This document shows positions 32,277-47,613 of a stretch of 64,000 nt of DNA, one piece after another. Every line of letters starts with the position of its first letter. Within the stretch, counting starts at the first letter, position 1. Under the pieces are notes generated by a model. That model did no database searches and had not been told where the DNA came from. It was given only the letters and a program-made list of their open reading frames with translations. The stretch is taken from assembly GCA_964016885.1 (NCBI GenBank), contig OZ024743.1, positions 102,052,001 to 102,116,000 on the forward strand. The letters are read 5' to 3'. A program made the position numbers and the translations under genes. The DNA comes from Eledone cirrhosa. Lineage: Eukaryota.

Positions 32277-33899
32277 GGACAGGGATAACGAAACAGTGAT
32301 AATGAGTCAGACTAGACAGACAGTGGTAGACTAGTGAATTAATCGGTGGTGCTGCAAGAAATAGTTGAGAGAAAGAGAGAGGGAAAGAAAGAGAGGGAGA
32401 GGGGGCGAGTTAGGGACGGAGAGAATGAAAAGTGAGATAGAAGTTGTGGGTGAGTCATGAGATATAAATCTAGATAATAAACGTAAGATATAGTCAGAAA
32501 TATCGACGCAAAAACTAATACTAAGCTGTCACAAAGAAACACTCTACATCAACAACAACAACAGCAACAACAACAACAACAACAATAATAATAATAATAA
32601 TAATAATATTAATAATGGTAATAGTAAAATATGTGAAAAAAAAAAGAAGAAAAAATTCCAGATTAATCTGATTGCTAGGAATGTTTTGTCGTATTGGCTA
32701 TATCAATCGTATTACATGCAGTTTGCTTGCAGTGACATTTCAAGTCAGTCACTAGGAAATAATCTGATGCTATTTCTGTATACAGTAACTGTTGATATAC
32801 AAGTTGGAAATATCTGCATTGTGATATGTGATCGTTATATTCCAATATTAACACACATCTTTACATTAACGCAAAGTCGTGCTAGAAGTTCGACTCCATG
32901 TTTTTTTTCTTTCACAATGTTTTACAATTCTACTAATTATTGACAAATATTATTGTCTTTTTCTATATTTACTCGATAATGTAATCCAGCTGTATCCCTG
33001 TGAGGTATTTAAGTGAAAGTATGTTTATTATATTAGTATTCATCGTTCCGACGTTTTGAGCTGAGTTCAAATCCCGACGAGGTCAACTTTGCGTTTCATC
33101 GTTTCGAGGTCGATAAAAGAGTACCAGTTTAGTACTGGAAGGATTCTCTCTCTCTCTATCACCCGTCTCTTCTTCCCAGGAAGAAATCGGCTGTGTTCAG
33201 ACCTGGAGCCAGGATGGATGTAGCAAGGTTTAAAATGCCTAAGACATGCCATATGTCACTACACCGACCACATAACTTCTACAGGAGATGTTTACATACA
33301 TACATATAAAAAAAAAAAAAATTCTCTGATATACGGTGAATTGTTGCAATTGAAGTTATATAATTGTGATAACCAAACGTTTCTTTCTTAGGGGTCCTGA
33401 TTCTAAATTCTATGTATATTTTAGGCATGGAGTAAATATGTCAGGATAAACGTTTTGGTTTTATACCGGATTCCTAATATATGAATTTGCGTGCATATAC
33501 TGGATGTTTACTTAACTGCTAATCTTAACCTAACCATGTCCTTAGATTTTATTTGTGAAAATGCTCGTAAGATAAGAACAAATTGTTTCAAATTCCGCCT
33601 CAATTGTCGGATTTATTATTTATTTTTCGTGTCTTTCCATTCATTCAATATGCTGTATCAATTTACCCAATGTATTATATCTTGGGTTAATTGGTTTGTT
33701 CTATGTGTAGTGTTTAGAAACACATCTTACTTAAAATGTTCTTTAGAAATTTTGATTTTGTTTATATATCTATTATATGTACATAATAAAGTTTAAGCTA
33801 AGAATCACTGCTTTCACCCTTTTACGGGTTTTCCCTCCTCCTCCTCCTCCTCCTCCTCCTCCTCCTCCTCATCATCATCATCATCATCATCTCCCCCTC

Positions 33900-33952
<53 letters not shown>

Positions 33953-34343
33953 ATATGTACATGTATATATGTATACTATGTATACTGTGTATATATATAC
34001 ATGTGCTTGTGTGCGAGTTTCGTCCATATGTATATATATATATACACACTGTATATATATGTACGCGTATATGCATGCCTATGTATATATATAATTGTTT
34101 GTGTTCTCATGTGCTATAAATTACATGCAGGTGAAATAAGATGTAAATGAAATAGATTTTATAAAACCCTGAGAAAATATATGCAAATATTTCAAATGCA
34201 GAAGTATAAAATATTTCAAATGCAGAAGTATAAAATATATATTAAAAAATTTAAGCTTGTAAAAAATTTAAGCTTAGTAAAAGTATATTTTCTGTTTTAT
34301 TTATTTATTATCTACTTATCGCTTGGCGACGAGTTTATTCTGA

Positions 34344-34380
34344 TGACGTCACGCTGACGACATTTGATTTCTCTATATAA
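34344..34380 (+). promoter_or_regulatory. Possible core promoter: CRE palindrome, half CRE and TATA box
   Basis: TGACGTCA 34344-34351, TGACG 34355-34359, TATATAA 34374-34380. Confidence 0.3.
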
Positions 34381-34739
34381 CAGTTAACGACACCAGTTTC
34401 CTTTATTTTATTTTCATTAGTGTTTCACACATACACACATTAATAAATATTATAAAAAGGGGTATCAACAAATACAAGCGTTTATTTGTGTTTGTTTTTC
34501 GTTTACTAATACTATCTTTAATTATTTAAAAAGAAGCATAAATTCTTCTTTAGCCACCATTCGAAATACAATTTCGTACGTTAATATATATATATATTTG
34601 TGTAACTGCACTCTAATAACTGAAACCAACAAAAGAATATACATAAATGCATAATATATATAGTCGATCGATTTTCGTCAAATCGGACCGAGGAAACAAG
34701 GTTTCCGTTGGTCTTTACAGTTACTAATACTTTCTATCT

Positions 34740-34875
34740 GTCGCAACTCTAGGTAGAAGGAGCAACGTGAAATATAGTGTCTTGCTTAAGGACATAACGC
34801 ATCACTCAGTCCAGGAATCGAACCTACAACCTCACAATTGTGAATCCAATTCTCTTACCACTCAGCCACACGCCT
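34740..34875 (-). mobile_element. Second tRNA-derived SINE family (head with A/B boxes)
   Basis: Minus strand GTGGCTGAGTGG (A box) ... GGTTCGATTCC (B box) ... TGTCCTTAAGCAAGACACT. Confidence 0.8.
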
Positions 34876-35321
34876 AAATCTGTAAATTGAGTTTATATTC
34901 TACGCAATAAACCACTAACAATAAGGGAACTCAATACTGCGTGTAAAATAGAATATAGTTAAGTTATTAAATAACCGTCTTTAACAGGTGGATGCTAGTT
35001 TCCTCTAGCGATGATGATGTACGGGTATCTTTTGTTAGATCTTTTACAGAGGTAGTTTCTGTGTGGCAGTATATATAGTTGTGTGCAAGATTATATAAGA
35101 TGACATGCAAATGGTTAGTGGTTTATTTCTTTGGTGTTTATGCAATACCTGAAATTTGGAAACCACAACTAATCTCCTTAGAAAATATATTTTACTCTCT
35201 GCTCAGACTTACTTAACGCATATTCAGTTAATACTTGGATGATTTAACACAGATTTTTGTACGCACACATACACACACACACACACACGCACATACACAC
35301 ACGTGTATCTCTCTCTCTCTC

Positions 35322-35384
<63 letters not shown>

Positions 35385-35394
35385 ATATATATAT

Positions 35395-36350
35395 ATAGTG
35401 CAAATTTAGACGGGAACAAAACAGAGAGGCAGACAAATAAAGGTTTATTAGGTTCACGCTCTTGAGAGTGAGGGGGGGGGGGGGGCGACGTTTCGGGCAT
35501 AAGCCCTCCTTCAGGATAAATAGGTTAGGAAGAGAGTTCCGAGCGTGTGTGGAAATACATTTAGAAAAAGGGGGAAGGAGAACAAATAAAAATAAAAATA
35601 AAAATAAACGTAAAAACAAAACGTAAGAATTAACAATAAGATGAGCAAGTAGTGGAAGGGTGTGAGGCGTGTAAGGGTGGTGGCGGGTGGAGTTGGGTTG
35701 AGGGAGGTGGGGGTCGAAGCAAGGAACGCTGAAGGTGGTGTTTGTGTATGTGTGTAGGTGTACGTGAGTGTGTGTGTGTATGTGAGAAGAAGGACGAGGT
35801 TCCATGTTCTCGATTCCGGAGGTTGAGAGTGTATATAAGTGGGGGTACGCATGTGTGTGTTTGTGTTTATATGTGGTGTGGATGTGGGTGGCATGGTGCG
35901 AAAAAAATGTGACTGTATGTTCGTGGGTAAGTTCTTGAGGTAGTTCCATCGAGTGTGAGAAGAGATGCTGGATATTTTCCATTGTATGGAGTGAATGGCT
36001 GGAGAAGTGTCCGGTTGTGTGGAATCCAATGTTGGTGGTGGTCGGAAGTGGAGGGAAGTAGGGTGCGCGCGCAACAGGAAGTGGTCAGAGGGTCAAGGCA
36101 AGGTGAAGAGATAGAAGTAGAGGAGAAGAAGGAGGAGGAGATAGCAGCAGAGCTGGGTGACAGGTGGAGTAAGGTCAGTGTGGTGGGAACTGTATGTGTG
36201 TAGTGTACTGGTGTGGTGTTTGTGCGTGTTTGGATGAGTGTGTGTGTTAAAGGGGGTGTTAGTGGGTGTTAGTATTCCGTGTTGTGGGGAAAGGGTGGAA
36301 AGCGGGTGTATAAGTGGGGGTTAGTGGTGGTAGGGTGTATGGAGTGGGTG
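35395..36350 (-). mobile_element. Probable Penelope-like 3' remnant with hammerhead motif and poly(A) signal, flanked by (TA)n
   Basis: C/A-rich minus strand; CTGAAGG-A-GGGC-TTAT-GCCC-GAAA-CGTC at 35487-35514; AATAAA at 35444-35449 (minus). Confidence 0.6.
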
Positions 36351-36836
36351 ATATATATATATATATATAAATTTATCCCAGGTTCAATAAATATAGACAC
36401 ATATATGATTAAGTTATAATATCTGTATAAATACAGAATGTGTAACTGAAACTGCGCCAACGTGTATAAGCATGTAAATATGCTAGAAAATTGGAATCTC
36501 CCTGTAAATCAAGAACATGATAAACACCTTTAATCGATTTTCGTATCTATATGGACCCTCATTAGAAGGCGTGTATACCACCAAATAACCACACGGGAAC
36601 ATGGATTTAATGGGTGTGTATATATACGTATATATATCGTCATTCGCTCTTAGTATTAGTCGGTGATGCCGTACTAATTCACATGTAATTGGTGCTCATG
36701 TTGGTAATATTTAAGATATATATTAGAAAGTGAGCTAACAGCTGAAGTTTATGATGATGTTATATCTGTATAAATATAGTGTGTAAGCGAGGCTGCACCA
36801 ACGTGTATAAATATATATGTATACATATATGTATAC

Positions 36837-36882
<46 letters not shown>

Positions 36883-36894
36883 TGCATGTATGTC

Positions 36895-37350
36895 GGGTCA
36901 CTCTTGAGTGCGACTGGTAACATATAACCCAGTACAACCTGTCGCATGGTCGGGTTGTCAGCGACTAAACCGGCAACCCCACCAAGTTTACTTGGTGAGA
37001 AGGGTGATTTTGGGCACCCTGCAGGACAAAAAGCAAAACCTGACAAAGGGGGCAAGAACTCATAAGAGTCAACGCCATCCGAAATTGTGTAAATATGTAT
37101 ATAGACATGTACAGCGCGGTTAAACCACTGGGAGCGAAGGACCCATAGCCTTTGTCAGGGCATTCTTCTAGGAAGAGGCAACTCAGGAAACTGGGATAAC
37201 TCCGATATAAAATCTGCGTCTCAGTAGTTACCGATGATGTTGATCTTTTCTTCTTTTCGGGTTATAGCTACTATCGCTCAGAGAGTGGTATTGGCTCAGT
37301 ACACATTCTTTCCTCACTTTAAAAAATATCTTCACGCACATCCATTGCTC
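36895..37350 (+). mobile_element. RTE-type 5'UTR-like dispersed repeat
   Basis: Homologous to 23329-23760. Confidence 0.65.
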
Positions 37351-38157
37351 GATAGAATTAATTAATCTATGTATTAATTTCAACAATGTCAGTATTCCGT
37401 GTGACATAATTCTCGATTATTATTGCTTCATAGGTTTCAAACGACTCCGCCCACCTCAACGACGCCAAACTTAAATTAATATGCATAATGCCAATCAGAG
37501 AGTGAGAGGGGAGAGTAAGAAACAGAGAATCAAAGTGAACGCTGTGTTGGATACACCATGTATGTGTGTCAGTGTAGAGACAGGTGTGTGTGTGATGTGT
37601 GTGGAAATAAGAGAGGAAGGAAAGCAATAACTATTAACATGTATGCGTGTGTATGTACGTGCGCGTATGTTTATTTGTGTGTGCGTGCGTGCAGCGTTCC
37701 ACAAAAAGTAAAAACCATCAACATGCGTGAGTGTGTGCGTGTGTGTAAGTGCACGGGTGCGTGTGTAAGTTTGCATGCATCGCTTCTGATTGCGGTGGTA
37801 ATAAAACCTCCTCATATGCTGAGTCTGGCAAAAAGGTTGGATCCTACGGCCAGCCAGGGCCAGAGTAATATTGAAAAACGATTCTATTTTCGAAGTAGAA
37901 GGATCCGCCATTTGGAGTTCAAACCAGGCCACATCCCCGAGTTGAACTCTGGGAAACATTGACTGTCTATTACTCAGTGGCTAAGAGCCTGGAAATGACT
38001 GAATACATTTTAGTGTCATATAATTTGTTGTTTTAGTATTATAGCTGACCACTTATAGATAAGCATGTTATACATATCCATATTAATTTGGCATTTGTAT
38101 AAACCATTGCAAGTAAATAGGGACATTTTTTACATTGACGGACATCTTTTATTTTAA

Positions 38158-38514
38158 TTATCTATATCTATATCTACATATATAAAAGATTGCAACTTCC
38201 ATCATCCTTTTGAGAAACGTGGAACAACCACGTCTATGCAATGATACACGATTTACAGTCAGGCAGAAGATGAACCATCTCCTAGAGGTCACTATTCTAG
38301 GTAGGAGCACCTAGAATTGTTCATAAACTATGCACAAATAGTACAACGAAGAATCTGGTATATCTGGAAGATTTGTTTTACTGTTTTTTGTATCACACAG
38401 ACACCACAGACTCGCCTCATATTGTAACCAGAGAAACATCCAATACAGTCATTTTCTCTTTTACCTGTCTTCTCTTATCTGTTTACCCGGGCGAAGCTGG
38501 GTACGTCAGCTAGT
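38158..38514 (-). mobile_element. Helentron/HINE-like element; 5' end repeated at 48186-48270 (+)
   Basis: Minus start ACTAGCTGACGTACCCAGCTTCGCCCGGG; ends TTTTATATATGTAGATATAGAT. Confidence 0.6.
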
Positions 38515-39004
38515 AATTATTAATAATAGTATATCGTGCAATGGCCATACTCGATAACGAGGGGGCAGCCACCATGTATGTATGTATGTATGTATGTATG
38601 TATGTATGTATGTATGTATGTATGTATGTATGTATGTATGCATGTATGTATGTATCTATGTATGTATGTATCGACGTATGTATGTATGTACTCATGCATA
38701 TATGAATATATATGATTGTTTGAGGGTATAAAATGCATGTCTTTGTACACATGTTCATTCAGATTATATCCCTAAAACTGTATACAATTTAACTATAGTA
38801 CTATGATAGGCTTGGATTTAATTAAGTGAACATCGATTTTGCAGTTTCTATGATTAGTTTATTCATAGCAAAAGAACCCCTACTAGAATCGATCTATTTT
38901 ACATCCCATCCACCCTACAAAAGTCAACGAAATAGTATTTCAAAATAAATCATTCGCATGTCTCAAATATTTGCTGGTTTCTTCCCTGTTAAACTAACCT
39001 CATT

Positions 39005-39096
<92 letters not shown>

Positions 39097-40646
39097 GTGT
39101 GTGCACGTGTGTGTGAGAGAGGGAGAGAGAAAGAGTGTGAGAGAGAGAGTGAGAGATAGAGAGAGAAACAGTGAATGGTAGAGAGAGAACCAGAGAGAGG
39201 GAGTGTGTGTGTGTGTGTGAGAGAGAGAGAGATTAAGCATACGATTCCTCACGATGCATTGTGTCCTTGAGCTAGAAACTTTATTTTACATTGTTCCAGT
39301 CCACTCAAATGCCAGAAATGAGCTGCACCTGTCATTCAAAGAAGCCAGCCTTGGTAAAAAGTGGGTCAGACTGAATCTTCCTGAGAAATACGTTAATGAT
39401 TCACATGCCTGGGAAATGATTAGTCATTTGCATGTTAATATCATGAGCAGCCTGTCGCAACTGGAACACTCGTCGTCGGAACCGACGGTGGTCCGACAAC
39501 AGTAGTAACTCGAGCAACAGTTAAGTATGTGGAAAATTTGAAGGAAGACAGGTGAGAGAGGGTTTCGGAAGAAAGCCTCTCTCTACCTGTCTCTGGGATG
39601 TAGAAAGAGAAATCGGTGAAGTGGAGGAACATTTTGTAAACAGAATTAAAAATCATTACAAAGTCGTGTCATATGTCAGGTAAGTGACACTACAAAACAG
39701 TTGGAAGTTTTCGTTTTGAACTTAAGAACACTATTATTGACATAAAAATCTGTTAAAAATCAAGCTGAGGATTACACAAGTAAAAACGTAATATGTAGTT
39801 ACGTTCTTGTAATGTAACATGTCTTGATGTAGTCACCCATTTGAGAGGTTAAGGTATTTAGTTAAGTTCACGCGATTTATTGATAAAGAATATATATTGA
39901 TTTAACGTATTAGTATGTTCTTGAGCATAATCTCCTTTAACATTCGTATGTCGAAATTTAGCTGACTATATGATCCTAGTAATTTGTAAACTCGGTAAGA
40001 CAAGTGGTCGTACAACACACAACTTCCAGTTTCTTCTTCGTATAACCGGCTCAGCTCTTACTATGCGGTATCCATTTCCGGTCGACTTTCTCTGTCGTGT
40101 GTATTGTCCTTAACAAAGGTATGGACTCTGCAACTTCTCAGTCCCATTTATCCTGATACTTAGAATATTGTGTATTCCGGTAAATCCACTGAAGTTTATG
40201 TGAGCAGATCAGCGTTTTACACAAGACTATTACACAAACTATTGCAATATGAGAAATCAACAGGGTGACACTACCACGCTGGAGGTAATTCGCTAGCCTT
40301 TTAGCGCTAACAACCTGAACGCGACATATTCCCTCTCCTTTCGTTTAAAATATAATCTTTGTATAGTTGATATGAAGCCAATAGTATAGTTTGTGAATAC
40401 TTGCTAAATAAATATTACTCGCACTTAGCTCTGTATAAAAATGCATTGGAGTCGATATTTCCTCTGTACCTGTCTGTCATGTCTTTTCTCTTCAATGAGC
40501 TCTCGCTTCCATGTCATCTCTTTCTCATGTCCCCTCTCTCCCCATCGCTCCCCTTCTCTGGAAGAAATTGCTTGAGGTCAGATTTGGAAGGGGATGAGCT
40601 CTGACAGGTTTGAAATATCCAAGACACGTCGATTGTCATGACGTTG

Positions 40647-40860
40647 GGCAGTGAATTGGTAGTACCAGTAGAGCGTCAACAACATGCTTTTGTGATGTAT
40701 AGTTGCGGCCTTTTACGTCTGATTTCAAATCCCGCTGAGATTTGCTTTGCTTTTCATGGGGTCGATAGAATAAAGTAGCAGCAATTAACTGGGGTAAATT
40801 TTATCGACCTTTCCCTTCTCTTCAAAATTGCTGACATTGTTATAAAAGTGGAAACACTTA
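40647..40860 (+). mobile_element. Diverged tRNA-derived SINE
   Basis: GGGCAGTGAATTGG...TTCAAATCCCGC...GGGGTCGATAGAATAAAGTA. Confidence 0.8.
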
Positions 40861-41359
40861 TTTAACCTGAACTCATCTGCTATTGATGAAAAGGATCCCA
40901 TGACAATCAGTTGTTGAGGGAAACTATGACTACATTAACTAATGCGCCATTTTCTTTTTAGAACTACTATATAGCAGTATGTGATATCAGGACGATTAAA
41001 CTGCTGCTTCTCGCAGACTGAACTATTCTGCCAGGCTCCCTTACTAACTCATATTGTTGATATAAAGCAGCATCAATAGCAGAAAACAGCAACAACAATA
41101 GGCAACAACTGTTTGTGATTTGCTTCTTTACTGCACCCATTTCCATAACTGTAGTTAATGTTCTTTCACGCCACATTTCTATATTTTATCATTAATGTTT
41201 GCACTTTTAGCACGGTAACTATTTGTCGTGTTTACAAATAATGTATAAATCAATAATGTTGATGGTTATATTCCTATTAAATATTTCCATGCAAAAAGTA
41301 TTTAAAAAAAAAAATTGATGGCGCTGTTGTATCAGTGGAACGACAGACAGAATAACTTA

Positions 41360-41545
41360 TGGATTGGCAGTATCGGTAGAGGGTCGGACGCCATGCTTTG
41401 ACGCATAGAGTTACGGCCCTTGCCATTCTGAGTTCAAATCCCGCCGAGGTTAACTTTGCCTTTCATCCTTATGGGGTCGATAAAATAAAGTACCAGTAAT
41501 ACACTGGGTAATTGCTGGCCTTGTGCCAAAAGTAGAAACAATTAT
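41360..41545 (+). mobile_element. tRNA-derived SINE
   Basis: Near-consensus A box, B box and tail. Confidence 0.9.
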
Positions 41546-42331
41546 TTATGTCCTTCCTGTCATTATAAGGTCTTGTGTTCCAATCTCGCCAAGCTTATCT
41601 TAGCCTTTCTTTTATCTAGGTCGATAAAATATGCCCAGTCAAGTGGGCATATTGTTGTAGTTATTTAATCGCACGTCAACTCATAATTGACCAGACATAT
41701 GAACAAAGAAGTTAAATACGTGATAATACCACCTTCTTGTATATCAAGAGTTATACTGCGCAATGTATTGTATATCAGGGGTTATACTGTGCAATTCTTT
41801 TGGAATGCTGGGATTTGAACAAAATCTGGCTGCTGTTTCTAGCAGATGTCTCTTGAGATTCTAACCGTATCATTTTGCCAAATTTGTGGCGATCGCTATT
41901 TCCAAGTAAGGGGAAAGATGGTGGAAGGTAGATTCATTATTTAGATATGAATATTAAAATTATATTAAAATTACTCCACATCGAATTTGAGATGGTATCC
42001 CTCCACAGACAATTAAGATATCAAAGATAATTCTATATTATCAATGTGTGGCATTGAGACAATGTAAAAAGAAAAGAAAAAAAAAAGAAGGAAAACATAA
42101 GGGCTTGTGGCTGAAATAAAGAAAAAAAATGTTCGCTCTATATTTACGCCATTTTAATCCTTTTGTCTTTATTGTTGTTTTTTTTTCAGTTTTTTCTTTA
42201 CATTTTGATTTCGATCCCTGCCTGAAGAAAAAAAACACTGTCTTCCGTTTCTCCTTCTGCTATAATATTCTTTAAAGCTGGTGGAGTGCATCTCTTCTTC
42301 AAATTTGAACATAACCGATTTCTTATAGAAA

Positions 42332-42400
<69 letters not shown>

Positions 42401-43459
42401 GAAGTAGGAGATATAGAGGTAGAATGGACGCCGGTTTTGAATTGGAACTTTATCGACCTCGAAAGATGAAAGGCAAAGTTGTCCTCGGCATAATTTAAAC
42501 GCAAAGAGCGCAGGGAGTGGAAAGGAATACAGCAAAGCATTCTAACCGACGTTCTAACGACTATCAACTCGGCAGCTTGGGATATACTATTAAAGCCGGG
42601 AAGAGACAAAGCTGCATCTACTGTTTTTATGTAATAGGGATACATATTCGAGAGTCGGGACGTAAAAGGATTTAAGTAAATACTGCAAAACATTTTGACC
42701 TCTGTACTACTGATTGCTTAGTAAAAATTGTAAAGAAACTTCCGGATATCAAATATCTATTTTGATAATTTAGAAAACTAAGCCCGTTCCCTGTCAAAAT
42801 ATTTTGGTTAAAAACTGCCTTAATCGATAACATTAATTTCAATCTTTATTTTTATCAGATATGATTAGAGACGTTTGAAAGTAATTTTATGAATATTCAA
42901 TAACTTAGGAAATTACATAAAAAAAAGAAAACAAAAACGAATTTCATTATCGGGAAAACATTCCAAAGATTTTGTTAAAATAACAAAAATACAAGTACTC
43001 ATACAAGAAATGTCTAGTATTATGGACGTCATACTTGGAAATGGATGCTTTTGACGATCTTAGTTTGAATTGAGTGGACAAATCATGGAATTGACATTAT
43101 TATTGGCAATGATAACATTATTTTCAGATTATAGATTTAGTAATTTATGCTGTAGATTCGATTTATAGATCCAATATCACTCTGCATATATTTCATTCCC
43201 TGTTATTGCAGTAATAACAATAGATCTGTGTCCTAAAGCAATTTATATTTCATGCCACATAGGCTGGCACGTTTGTATATATAGGTTGTAAAATAATTAT
43301 AGCTTGTTGCTTCGCAAAATTTCCTCACTGTAAAATCTAATTAATTCGTAAGTTGTGACCTACTTTCAATAGATAATTTTCAATTTCTTTTGAGGAAAAA
43401 ATACTGGTTGCCACAAATGAATGTTTCCTAGGACCAATACATTCTGAAAATTAATAATA

Positions 43460-43562
43460 ATTTCTACTTTAGGCACAAGGCCAGCAATTACCCAGTGCAT
43501 TACTGGTACTTTATTTTATCGACCCCGTAAGGATGAAAGGCAAAGTCAACCTCGGCGGGATT
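43460..43562 (-). mobile_element. 5'-truncated SINE with apparent target duplication (AAATAATAATGGACTGAA repeated nearby)
   Basis: Reverse complement of SINE 3' half. Confidence 0.85.
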
Positions 43563-44439
43563 AAATAATAATGGACTGAAAATTTAAATAATAATGGACT
43601 GAAGCTAGCTGCCAAAACTATAGGAATTAAGATCATGTTGCACTGAATGGCAAAATGAAAAATGACAGAATGAGGTTTCCAGGTTTGAATCCGCCTGTAC
43701 CACTAATATGTTTGCATCGTCTGTGTTATCTGCAATATTATATGTATATATCATAGACAGTAAGTAATGCTTGTGGGTTTTAACTAGAGTTGAAAATATA
43801 TAATTGGCGTTTCATTATACGTACGACACTGTCAGAATCACTAAAAAAAAGAAATGCGAACATATAAAGGAGGATCTGTGATTGCATATTCTTTTAACTA
43901 GGTCCATTCAGTGCAGACCTAATGCAGCAGAGGAATTTCCATAATGCATTGTAATATAACCATCACCACGAAGATAGTTTTTCTGACGTTTCACAATGTA
44001 TATCCTTCATTAAAGAACAATCTATATTGTATATCCTTCATTAAAGAACAATCTAACAAATCACTTGTTATCAGCCTTATTAGTTATGTAGCTTGACTAA
44101 GGCTATAGCCGAATGATTATTAAGTTCGACCCACAGTCATTATGTCACTGCTTCATGCCAACCGCATGGCAACATGACCAAGTGTCATTTAACATAACCT
44201 GGTGCCTTGAATTATATTGAGTAAACTGGAAGTCGACAGGATAACAGTACGTATAATCAAAGGACCAGCTTTGTCACACACGGTGTCACACTGACTCTTC
44301 CTGATAATTAGGTTAAGGGTATATGTGGAATACACAATCTCTTATATGAGCTACTGGAACACTCATTGACTAAACCGACGGAGGTCTGTTTCGACATTGC
44401 GATTTATATGTAAATATATATATATAAATATTGGAAGCT

Positions 44440-45304
<865 letters not shown>

Positions 45305-46284
45305 TTGAATTACTAGCGTTTGACGTATTTTTGACAACAAAAAATATCTAATAATAGGGCATATGATCCGGTAGAACGGAAAAAATGGGCATCTGCACTC
45401 ATGTGGATGGTACTCTCACGTCCTATTTTCTGGATAATTATGCTAGTGCCTAATAAGAGGTTTGGATTCGATTTCCACGCGTGCTAATGCCCATTGTTGT
45501 GCGTCCATAGGCTTATATGCTCTATTATTAGCCTAAATTCTACAGGAAAAAAATACCGCGAAAGCTTATAATCCAATCTTCAAATTTCAATCGCCTTCGG
45601 CCTTTAAACATAGCCGCTTCATTTATTATACATATATATATATATAACATTAGATCGTATACTGATTTTAAAGTGAACATGAAGAATCTATATTTCTAAT
45701 AGAATTTTAATCTAGTGAAATATATTTTGCAGTCTTCCGTTTGAAAACTATACTAAAGATTAGGTTTTGAAACATTTCTTTGTTTTATCAGGTGCACGTC
45801 AATAAAAATTCAAATGTCTCTCCCACAAACATTAATAATACAGCACAAGGCAGATAACCAGTACAACGCTGAGTTGTATGAACTCTTCTCTTTCTTCACT
45901 ATCTTGCCCAGGCATTTCCATCTCTCTGAGGCAATATTCAGTTATTTTAATATATCCCCCCCCCCCCTTTCTCCCTTGTATTCTCCTCATCTCTAACCTC
46001 TTATGCTTGATGTCAATTTCCCCGCCTTTCATTCTCACACAGTTATATTTCTTTGTGAATTGTTTCTTTTCTATGAATGGCTGAAATCAACTTTGCGTCA
46101 TTGAATTGATAAAAGTAAGGAAACAAATCTTACTTTGGTTTTCAGGTTTAAATTTTGTTTGAACAGTGACCGAAGTACTTTTATCTTTCAAGTTTGTTAC
46201 TTACTTTATCAATCTCTTTTAGACGACGTGCTAAGATACAGGACATAAAGAAATAGCGAGCGTAAACCTGCACATTCACACAAG

Positions 46285-46355
<71 letters not shown>

Positions 46356-46369
46356 CCTCTCTCTCTCTG

Positions 46370-46482
<113 letters not shown>

Positions 46483-46730
46483 ATACATTAACGGTGCCAT
46501 AGACTCACGCCATTCCCTGTAAATAATGTGCTCAAAGGAGAGGGAATCCTGAGCTCTTTAAAATACAATATGTTGAAAAGGTAACACTCTAGAGAGAGAT
46601 ACAGTGCACTATCAATCAGACAGGGAAAAACCACCAGTGTATGGAATATATAACCTATGACAGACAGAGTAGACACACGATAATTAAAAATATAAATTAA
46701 AGCGTAAATAAATACCACTATAACTATATA

Positions 46731-46812
46731 ACACACGTACAAATCCAGAGAGATCTATTTCGCCAATAAGTTGTTGACAGAAATGAAATAACCCCGGTTC
46801 GTCAGCGTGTGT
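46731..46812 (-). ncRNA. Hammerhead ribozyme (type I), intact core
   Basis: Mirror of 47268-47349. Confidence 0.75.
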
Positions 46813-47267
46813 AAGGCTATATATTTCAGACAACACTAAGAGAATTTTAAAGTGACTGTCCAGCTACACTTGGGAGAGAGAAGTCACAGCGTATTTAAGG
46901 GCAGTGAACCAGTGACCTCTGAGGGACGAGCTGCTAGAAAGGGCAGCCCAAATCCACTCAGAGAAGTGTGCTCAACCAAACAGAGAGAGAGGAAAGACTG
47001 TTATAAGGAGCGAAATATCACGATAAATTAACGGAGCCATAGACTCACGCCATTCCCTGTAAATAATGTGCTCAAAGGAGTGGAAATCCTGAGCTCTTTA
47101 AAATACAATATGTTGAACAGGTAACACACTAGAAAGAAATACAGTGCTCTATGCCTGTATTATTGATAGCGCACTGTATCTCTTTCTAGTGTGTGACGTC
47201 TCCCTCCCACGTGTAGCTGGACAGTCACTTTAACATTTTCTTAGTGTTGTCTGAAATGTATAGCCTT

Positions 47268-47349
47268 ACACACGCTGACGAACCGGGGTTATTTCATTTC
47301 TGTCAACAACTTACTGGCGAAACAGATCTCTTTGGATTTGTACGTGTGT
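47268..47349 (+). ncRNA. Hammerhead ribozyme (type I), intact core
   Basis: ACACACG-CTGACGA-[stem II]-GAAA-CAGATC..GATTTG-TA-CGTGTGT; 7-bp stem I, 7-bp stem III, GUA site. Confidence 0.8.
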
Positions 47350-47613
47350 TATATAGTTATAGAGGTATTTATTTACGCTTTAATTTATATTTTTAATTAT
47401 CGTGTGTCTACTCTGCCTTTCATAGGTTATAGATTCCATACACTGGTGGTTTTTCCCTGTTTGATTGATAGCGCACTGTATCTCTCTCTAGTGTGTTACC
47501 TTTTCAACATATATATATGCAGAGGTTATATTTAATTTGTTGGGATTCAACAAGCTTAAACATGTTTATAACTGATATAAAGCACTCAACAGTTTAGTGG
47601 AGTAAATATACAA

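Noticed and set aside
33834-33890. Poly-Pro/poly-His or poly-Arg coding tract
   Set aside because: (CCT)n(CAT)n microsatellite in non-coding context
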